This document shows positions 7,376-12,884 of a stretch of 12,884 nucleotides of DNA, piece by piece (the first letter of the stretch is position 1; every line of letters starts with the position of its first letter). This DNA is from an uncultured bacterium (GTDB taxonomy: Bacteria; Hydrogenedentota; Hydrogenedentia; Hydrogenedentales; JAEUWI01): assembly GCA_963977445.1 (NCBI GenBank), contig CAXBPH010000203.1, positions 1 through 12,884 of the forward strand, written 5' to 3'. A program made the translations under genes and the position numbers. The notes beneath the pieces are model-generated. The model had not been told where the DNA came from. It saw only the letters and a program-made list of their open reading frames with translations, and did no database searches.

Positions 7376-7862
7376 ACTCGAAAAAGGGCTGGAAATCGCC
7401 GCCCCCCTTGACATACAGCGCGATGCGCTACTGCGTTTTCAAAGCCAGATAGGGGAATGGGGAATCTCTCTACCGGATGTGCGGCCTCTTGTGCTCGACT
7501 TTGGCCTCCAGGATTTCAATACGACGGGGCTCATCGAATACTGGATCGCCAACGAGATGGAAGCCGGGTATTGCGCGAAGTACCTCTTCGTCTTTGACGG
7601 CCAGAGCTGTCCCCTCCACCACCACAAGACCAAGCACGAGACTTTTTTCATCGTGCAGGGCCTGGTGGACGTCACCTATGGCGGCGCCCACCATCACCTC
7701 CACCCCGGCGATGTGCTCCCCATTGAGGTGGGGCAGGTACACGGCTTCACGGGCATGGGACCTGCCCTGCTACTTGAGGTCTCCAAGCCCTGCGTCATCG
7801 ACGACAATTACTTTGAAGACACGCGCATACCTATCGGCGGCAATTACCAGGCGGAAGGCTGA
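7368..7862 (+). CDS. D-lyxose/D-mannose family sugar isomerase (cupin)
   Basis: DFGLxDFxxTGL, GYCAKYLFVFDGQSCPLHHHKTKHETF, LHPGD, HGF and EVS...DNYFED are the metal-binding cupin signature of D-lyxose isomerases. Overlaps the upstream gene by 8 nt (ATGAATGA). Confidence 0.9.
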   Translation: MNELEKGLEIAAPLDIQRDALLRFQSQIGEWGISLPDVRPLVLDFGLQDFNTTGLIEYWIANEMEAGYCAKYLFVFDGQSCPLHHHKTKHETFFIVQGLVDVTYGGAHHHLHPGDVLPIEVGQVHGFTGMGPALLLEVSKPCVIDDNYFEDTRIPIGGNYQAEG

Positions 7863-7865
7863 GAC

Positions 7866-10800
7866 TCAGTCCTTAAAAGCAATTTTCGCAAGATAGATGC
7901 TCGTCTTTTCTTCGTGGGAAGAATAGTAGGTCATCCACAACACGTCATCGTGCCAGGCAAAACCGGGGTAGCTCGTGTCTCCGCCGCTGGGCAGGGTCAA
8001 CACGGGCTTCAGATGGCTCGCTGTCATATAGGCCAGTTCCGTCGTGGCCTTTCCAACGTAGTTGCGGTACCCCGCCCACATGGAGCCATCGGGCAGACGG
8101 ATAAAGTCCGGCCCACCCGCGCGGATACCGGTGTTGCGCCAGTTCCAATCGGTGTAGGGCGGGAGGCTGGTGCCGATATAGGCCCCTTTGTCGCTCTCCT
8201 CCCGACGTGCGAGGAGCATCATGGTGTCGTCGGGCAAGAAGCGCGCGGTGACTTCGAAACGATTTCCCGTAATATCGAGGGTCGTGCGAATGCGAAAGTT
8301 GATGCCGTCGTCGCTCGTGTACAGGACCAGGCTGCGCGGTTTGTCTTCCCCGATCACGTAATGATTCGAGACGCCCCAGGCCGTTCCGTCCCGCCAGGTC
8401 ACCCGCCACAACCAGTCGCCTTCGCTACACACCCGCTGGAGTGCAGACCAGTCGGTGCCATTCTTTGAGAAGGCGACCCGAGGCTGACGGCCCACCAATT
8501 CTTTGCCCTCATAATCCGAGCCGCCCATCACCAGCATGAGCCGCTTGTCCGGGGTGACGGAAATCTTGGGATCCCTGAGGTCGATGCTGTCTTCCGTGAG
8601 CAGTCCGCAGGATTCCCACCCGTCGCCGTCTTTGGAGCGAATCACCCGGATAACGCCATCGCTCCCCACGTGGTTTTCCGCTTCACGAAAGGTCACATAG
8701 AAGTAGTCGCCGTGGCGGATGATATCGGTGAAGGCATTGTGGCCCCCCTGGTCCCATATTTTGGTGACGGACAACACTTCCGGTGTTTTGGGCAAGGGCG
8801 GCACAAAAGGTGGACGTTGTATTGCGTTGGGCTTGTCGACCCACGCAGCATCACCGTAGAGGCCCACGTCACTCAGATCGATTGGCTGGAAGCCCGTGCC
8901 CAGCGCCGGTGAGTCGGCGGCGAGGGTGAAGTTACCCGATTCGGCATCCACAAACCCGGGATTGGCGATGATGCTGTGGCGGTCATGCCCCGCCGCCTGC
9001 CACTCCGTAAAGGTCTTTTCTTTGAAGGTCACGGGACGGCCACTGGTGTCCCAATACGTATTGTGGTCCATGGTGAAATTATTGTTCTGCCAGTTGCTCC
9101 CCAGGAGTTGGCCATTGTTGAAGTAGACAATGTTTCGCTCGAAGAAGAAGGAGTTGTGCTCCTCGTTTCGGGTGCGAATGATATTCGGCGTATGGGAGTA
9201 GGCGAAGACATTGTTCACCACCCGATTGTCCTTGCCATAGTGCTGATGGAAGCCGCCCGTGCGTGTGTTGTAGACCACGTTGTTTTCCAACACGATATCC
9301 GTGCTGCCCTCATCGGTGTAAAGTCCCCAGCCGCCATAAAGCCGGGGATGAGAGATCACGTCGTGAATCAGGTTGTGCTTTACTTCGGTCCCGGGCGAGA
9401 CACCGAGCAGATAGACCGCACCCATATCGTTGAGCTGGCCCCGACCGATGTGGTGAATATGGTTGTCATTAATACGATTGTGGTGGGCCGAACTGGGCTG
9501 GTAACCCCAGGACCACCCCACCGAAACGCCCGTATAGCGGAAGTCGGCGATTTCATTGTGGGTCACGTCGTTGTGGGAAGCACGGCCAATCCACACGCCC
9601 ACCGCCTCCCGCCAGACCCGGCCCCCATCGTGAAGGTAGTTGTTGTCGATGATATTGTGGTCCGACGCTTCTGCGGGCGTAGCGGGCGAATTCACCTCGC
9701 CAATGCGCACGCCGCCGGCGCCAAGATCGGTGAGTTCGTTGCGTCGCACGACCACGTGCTGGGAGCCCGCCCGCAACCAGAGACCATAGGTGCCCACATT
9801 GGCGATGCGGCAATCTTCAATGGTTATGTGCCGCGCACCGGTCGCTTCGAAGGCGGCATTCACCCGGGCCGCCGCCTGAGAATCACTGTGCCCCTCGTCG
9901 GATATGGGAAACTCGCAGTGGCGGAGATCCAGCTGCTGAAATTGGAGGTGGGTCACAAATTTTTCTGATGCGGGGTCGCCCTGGAGGACAATCAATTGAC
10001 GGGCCTGCGGAATGGTGGCCGTGAAGCCGTCCAGCGTTTCGCCGGGCATGGGTACGTAGTAGAGTTTGCCGACAGCATGATCCCCATACCACTCGCCGGG
10101 CGCGTCCAGCCCCTCAAAGAGATGCTCGATGTAATAGCGCTGGTCCTGCTGCCAGCGACAGAATTCATAGCGCGAGGGCCCCGTGAATTCGATAACGTGC
10201 TTGTCCCAATCCACCTGCTTAACCCGCATGAGCGAGGTGGTCCAGGAATTGAAGGCCACCACGATGGCGTTGCTGTCCAGGGACTTCCACGGCTGGATGT
10301 CGCCTTCGCGAAACATGAAAGCCTGGTTGCTCTTGACGTCCTTGCCCTCTTTATCTTTTACCATCACCGGGCCAGCGGTGTAGAAAAAATCGGAATCCGG
10401 TGGTTCATCACCTGCCGGGTTGGCCGCATTGGGCGTTCGGGCCGGGGTGCGCCGTTCGTCACCGACCCAGAGCTCGTGGAAATTGGTGTCCACCCCGTCG
10501 GGCACCTGGGCCACCCAGAAATCACCTTCTTGCTGCCAGTTGCCCACCGCCACGCCGCCGGAAAGAATCGGGTGCTCGTCGGGATAGGCCACATAGCGGA
10601 TGGGTGCTGCGGCCGTGCCCGAATCTTCCGGCGTAAAGACCACGGGGGCCGCCACGGGATAGGTTCCCCCACGAAGATAAACCTGGACCCCTTCGGATAG
10701 CCCGCCGTCTGCCTTGATCGTGCGGATACGGTCGCGCGCACCTTCCAGACTGTGCAGCGGGCCGTCCGACCCGTCGGCGTTGGGGCTGGCGATCGCACCC

Positions 10801-10919
10801 GACCAGTCGTCGTTACCGGTGGGGGAAACAAAGAGGCTCATCTCGGCATGGGCACCGAGGGTGATCAGGCAAAGAAAGACAACAAGGACATTGCGAAGGG
10901 CAGCGGCAACAAAATTCAT
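7866..10919 (-). CDS. Secreted GH141-like right-handed beta-helix protein fused to a C-terminal BNR/sialidase-like propeller (1017 aa)
   Basis: Start ATG 10919 with GGAGA upstream and signal peptide AHA-E. N-terminal FVSPTGNDDWSG...YLRGGTY, LDAPGEWY, YTGVSVGWSW, DMGAVYLLG and GLYTDEGS. A Pro-rich linker precedes HNAFTD...FRE, SKDGDGW, DLRDPK, WLWRVTW, SDDGINF and GDTSYPG. Confidence 0.9.
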   Translation of the reverse strand: MNFVAAALRNVLVVFLCLITLGAHAEMSLFVSPTGNDDWSGAIASPNADGSDGPLHSLEGARDRIRTIKADGGLSEGVQVYLRGGTYPVAAPVVFTPEDSGTAAAPIRYVAYPDEHPILSGGVAVGNWQQEGDFWVAQVPDGVDTNFHELWVGDERRTPARTPNAANPAGDEPPDSDFFYTAGPVMVKDKEGKDVKSNQAFMFREGDIQPWKSLDSNAIVVAFNSWTTSLMRVKQVDWDKHVIEFTGPSRYEFCRWQQDQRYYIEHLFEGLDAPGEWYGDHAVGKLYYVPMPGETLDGFTATIPQARQLIVLQGDPASEKFVTHLQFQQLDLRHCEFPISDEGHSDSQAAARVNAAFEATGARHITIEDCRIANVGTYGLWLRAGSQHVVVRRNELTDLGAGGVRIGEVNSPATPAEASDHNIIDNNYLHDGGRVWREAVGVWIGRASHNDVTHNEIADFRYTGVSVGWSWGYQPSSAHHNRINDNHIHHIGRGQLNDMGAVYLLGVSPGTEVKHNLIHDVISHPRLYGGWGLYTDEGSTDIVLENNVVYNTRTGGFHQHYGKDNRVVNNVFAYSHTPNIIRTRNEEHNSFFFERNIVYFNNGQLLGSNWQNNNFTMDHNTYWDTSGRPVTFKEKTFTEWQAAGHDRHSIIANPGFVDAESGNFTLAADSPALGTGFQPIDLSDVGLYGDAAWVDKPNAIQRPPFVPPLPKTPEVLSVTKIWDQGGHNAFTDIIRHGDYFYVTFREAENHVGSDGVIRVIRSKDGDGWESCGLLTEDSIDLRDPKISVTPDKRLMLVMGGSDYEGKELVGRQPRVAFSKNGTDWSALQRVCSEGDWLWRVTWRDGTAWGVSNHYVIGEDKPRSLVLYTSDDGINFRIRTTLDITGNRFEVTARFLPDDTMMLLARREESDKGAYIGTSLPPYTDWNWRNTGIRAGGPDFIRLPDGSMWAGYRNYVGKATTELAYMTASHLKPVLTLPSGGDTSYPGFAWHDDVLWMTYYSSHEEKTSIYLAKIAFKD

Positions 10920-10991
10920 GATTGAGATATCTCCATTTCGGGCTGAGCTAGCCATTATGAAGAGACGGTTGCTGCCGTGCAAACCACTTTA

Positions 10992-11008
10992 GAAATCGAT
11001 TCGATTTC
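10992..11008. promoter_or_regulatory. Palindromic candidate operator upstream of the GH141-like gene
   Basis: Perfect dyad GAAATCGA-T-TCGATTTC in an AT-rich stretch about 75 bp upstream of ATG 10919. Confidence 0.4.
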
Positions 11009-11134
11009 AATGCACGTTTAAATAGGTGAAAGCTGACCTATATCAAATCCAACGCGTTAATTTCGGCAGCGTACGCAAGCGCCTGCAAAGGAAAAACTTA
11101 CCAGCGGCTTTGCCACTGTCACCTAAAGAAGCCC

Positions 11135-11261
11135 TTGACCATTGGGAGCGCAGGTCTCGGACGCGCCTAAGGAGGGCAGGCCGCCTGCCACGGGCCGAAG
11201 GCACGTAGTTTTTACGTCTTCGACGTAATGCAGACGGGCCGCCTGCGCTCCCAATGGTCAA
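11135..11261. repeat. Inverted REP doublet, GGAG-type (TGGGAGCGCAGG) family
   Basis: Perfect 20-bp inverted repeat TTGACCATTGGGAGCGCAGG (11135-11154 and 11242-11261). The right copy continues into the hairpin GCAGGCGGCCCGTCTGC, and a third degenerate copy GGAGGGCAGGCCGCCTGCC lies inside. Confidence 0.8.
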
Positions 11262-11325
11262 ATTCTGAAAGCTGGAAACCGATTGTCGTGAAAAATACCC
11301 GAGATGAGGATCCTCCTTTTCTCAC

Positions 11326-11370
11326 AAAAAAAGATTGGCCGGGCGGTCGTTGCAACCGTCCGGCCAATCT
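11326..11370 (-). terminator. Intrinsic terminator-like hairpin
   Basis: 16-bp stem AGATTGGCCGGGCGGT/ACCGTCCGGCCAATCT with one mismatch and a 7-nt loop. It is followed on the minus strand by T7 (A-run 11326-11332 on plus). Confidence 0.75.
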
Positions 11371-11386
11371 AACTTCTTCCGGTGTG

Positions 11387-11701
11387 TCAGTGCGGAAGCC
11401 AGGCTGGACTTCGGCGCGGAAGAAGGCGGAACCTGCCTGTATTTGGGTAGGTTGGGCAGCAGTGATGCGGCAGGTTCCTGGCAGTGAGTCGAACCACGTG
11501 TGTGACACGCGGAGGCATGGGCAAATGGAAACCGGCTGTCTCGGCAAGGTCCATGGGAGCGTTCCATGTGCCTTGTTCAACTGCGTTGGGCGCTGTAGCG
11601 CGCGCGGAAACAGCCGGGAAGTGTGCGATGGACCATGCCGACAGGGAGTCGTGGTGTCTGTACAAACGCTGGTCGTGATAGGTTTGAGTCGATTCCGACA
11701 T
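11387..11701 (-). CDS. Possible small hypothetical protein or leader peptide (104 aa); the region may instead be a structured RNA
   Basis: ATG 11701 with GGAAG upstream and a stop 16 nt before the terminator stem. No recognisable domain, His/Pro/Arg-rich, weak codon bias. Confidence 0.35.
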   Translation of the reverse strand: MSESTQTYHDQRLYRHHDSLSAWSIAHFPAVSARATAPNAVEQGTWNAPMDLAETAGFHLPMPPRVTHVVRLTARNLPHHCCPTYPNTGRFRLLPRRSPAWLPH

Positions 11702-12117
11702 GGTCCAAACTTCCATCGGCCCGTAGGCCTTTGTCAGCGCAAACTGTGCGCTGTTAATTGGATAAAGCATAGCCCATGCCAACAGTGACCCCGGGCGAAT
11801 CGAAACGCTCAAATCCTTTACTTAAGGGCACTTATGCAACAACATGGCGAAAAACCTCGTTACCGTCTGTGGAGTTCCATCACTCACGATGCACACTTGT
11901 GCCCACAACAAAAGTGCGCACTGAACAGAAAGGGCGGAGACACAATATGAAGTATATGCAACGAATGGGCCTGCCAAATGTATAGTTTTTGTCATAGAGT
12001 TGCGATTTGCCCTGTTCTCACGTACCATTCAGGTGGTGGGTTCCGTGTGTCATCCCCCCCGGATGGCCGCGGCGCAGCACTATATATGATTTGATAAAAT
12101 GAGGTATCCCAAGAACA

Positions 12118-12789
12118 ATGTCTACCCATGTTGAATACTCCATCGGCGAGGAAATTGCCAACAGCATTACCCACGGCATCGGTGCCCTCCTGAGCGTGGC
12201 GGCCCTGACCATGATGGTCGTTTATGCGGCCATGGCGGCCGACCCGTGGTGCATCGCCAGTGTAAGCGTCTTTGGTGCGACCCTGGTCATCATGTATCTT
12301 GCGTCCACCCTCTACCACGCCTTCCCTCAGCCTCGCTTGAAGAAGCTCTTTCGCAAATTTGACCATTGCGCCATTTACCTGCTCATTGCGGGCACCTACA
12401 CCCCCTTCCTGCTGGTGAATCTGCGGGGCCCCTGGGGCTGGAGCCTCTTTGCCGTCATATGGACGGTGGCGGCCATGGGATGCCTGTTCAAGTTTTTCTT
12501 TCTCGACCACGGTGCCCATCTGAAATGGTGGGACAGGGTTTCAACAGCGCTCTATGTCGCCATGGGCTGGATCATTGTCATTGCCCTGAAGCCGACCCTG
12601 GAATTGGTGCCCCACCCCGCCCTGCTGCTCATGGCTCTCGGTGGTCTTGCCTACACGGGCGGTACCATCTTTTACCTGTGGCAGCGCCTCCCCTACAACC
12701 ACGCTATCTGGCACCTCTTTGTATTGGCAGGCAGCACCTTTCACTTCTTCGCCGTGTTCTTCTTCGTGGTGCCCGCCGCAACGGTTTAG
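12118..12789 (+). CDS. trhA: Hemolysin III family (PAQR) membrane protein, YqfA/TrhA
   Basis: EEIANSITHGIG, STLYH, DHCAIYLLIAGTYTP, YVAMGW and HAIWHLFV with seven hydrophobic segments. GAGGT upstream of the ATG. Confidence 0.96.
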   Translation: MSTHVEYSIGEEIANSITHGIGALLSVAALTMMVVYAAMAADPWCIASVSVFGATLVIMYLASTLYHAFPQPRLKKLFRKFDHCAIYLLIAGTYTPFLLVNLRGPWGWSLFAVIWTVAAMGCLFKFFFLDHGAHLKWWDRVSTALYVAMGWIIVIALKPTLELVPHPALLLMALGGLAYTGGTIFYLWQRLPYNHAIWHLFVLAGSTFHFFAVFFFVVPAATV

Positions 12790-12884
12790 GATTACGTAGC
12801 CAGCCCGTTCGCGATGGACAGGGTCACCCTTGAACCAACGCCTACCCGCCTCGCACAATATGAATTAGAGAACCAGTCGTGCCG

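Noticed and set aside
8976..9968. 330-aa antisense ORF, and similar ones at 9996-10700, 7914-8468 and 5292-6167
   Set aside because: They lie opposite well-supported genes and have shadow-frame composition.
11465..11485. GCCAGGAACCTGCC on the minus strand resembles the 3' end of a cobalamin riboswitch
   Set aside because: The upstream GGGAA, GCCACTG and GGGAAGG elements are absent.
11382..11800. Group IIC intron (GTGTG shortly after a terminator stem), or tmRNA, RNase P or raiA RNA
   Set aside because: No domain V, no reverse transcriptase and no diagnostic conserved motifs found by eye; only short chance-level similarities.
11941..12864. CACAATATGAA repeated on both sides of the hemolysin III gene (11941-11951 and 12854-12864)
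   Set aside because: An 11-bp match is compatible with chance, and there is no other sign of mobility.

Overview
GC-rich bacterial chromosomal segment. It is mostly carbohydrate-active and cell-envelope genes: three BNR/Asp-box beta-propeller domains, a GH141-like beta-helix fusion, a D-lyxose/D-mannose isomerase-like cupin, an esterase lipoprotein, a 3D-domain lipoprotein, another lipoprotein and a hemolysin III/PAQR membrane protein. The standout is an intact phage terminase large subunit gene (3128-4588) with no portal, capsid, tail or integrase gene in the window. A helical 138-aa ORF about 2 kb upstream on the same strand (801-1217) could be its small subunit, which would suggest a domesticated or dispersed DNA-packaging module. 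The intergenic DNA holds at least four REP-like hairpin families. One occurs as inverted doublets directly downstream of both the putative small- and large-terminase genes and shows compensatory base changes. A roughly 450-nt stretch (11326-11780) folds by eye into nested stems next to a terminator-like hairpin and is a candidate structured RNA or leader. All calls come from motif reading by eye; no searches were run.
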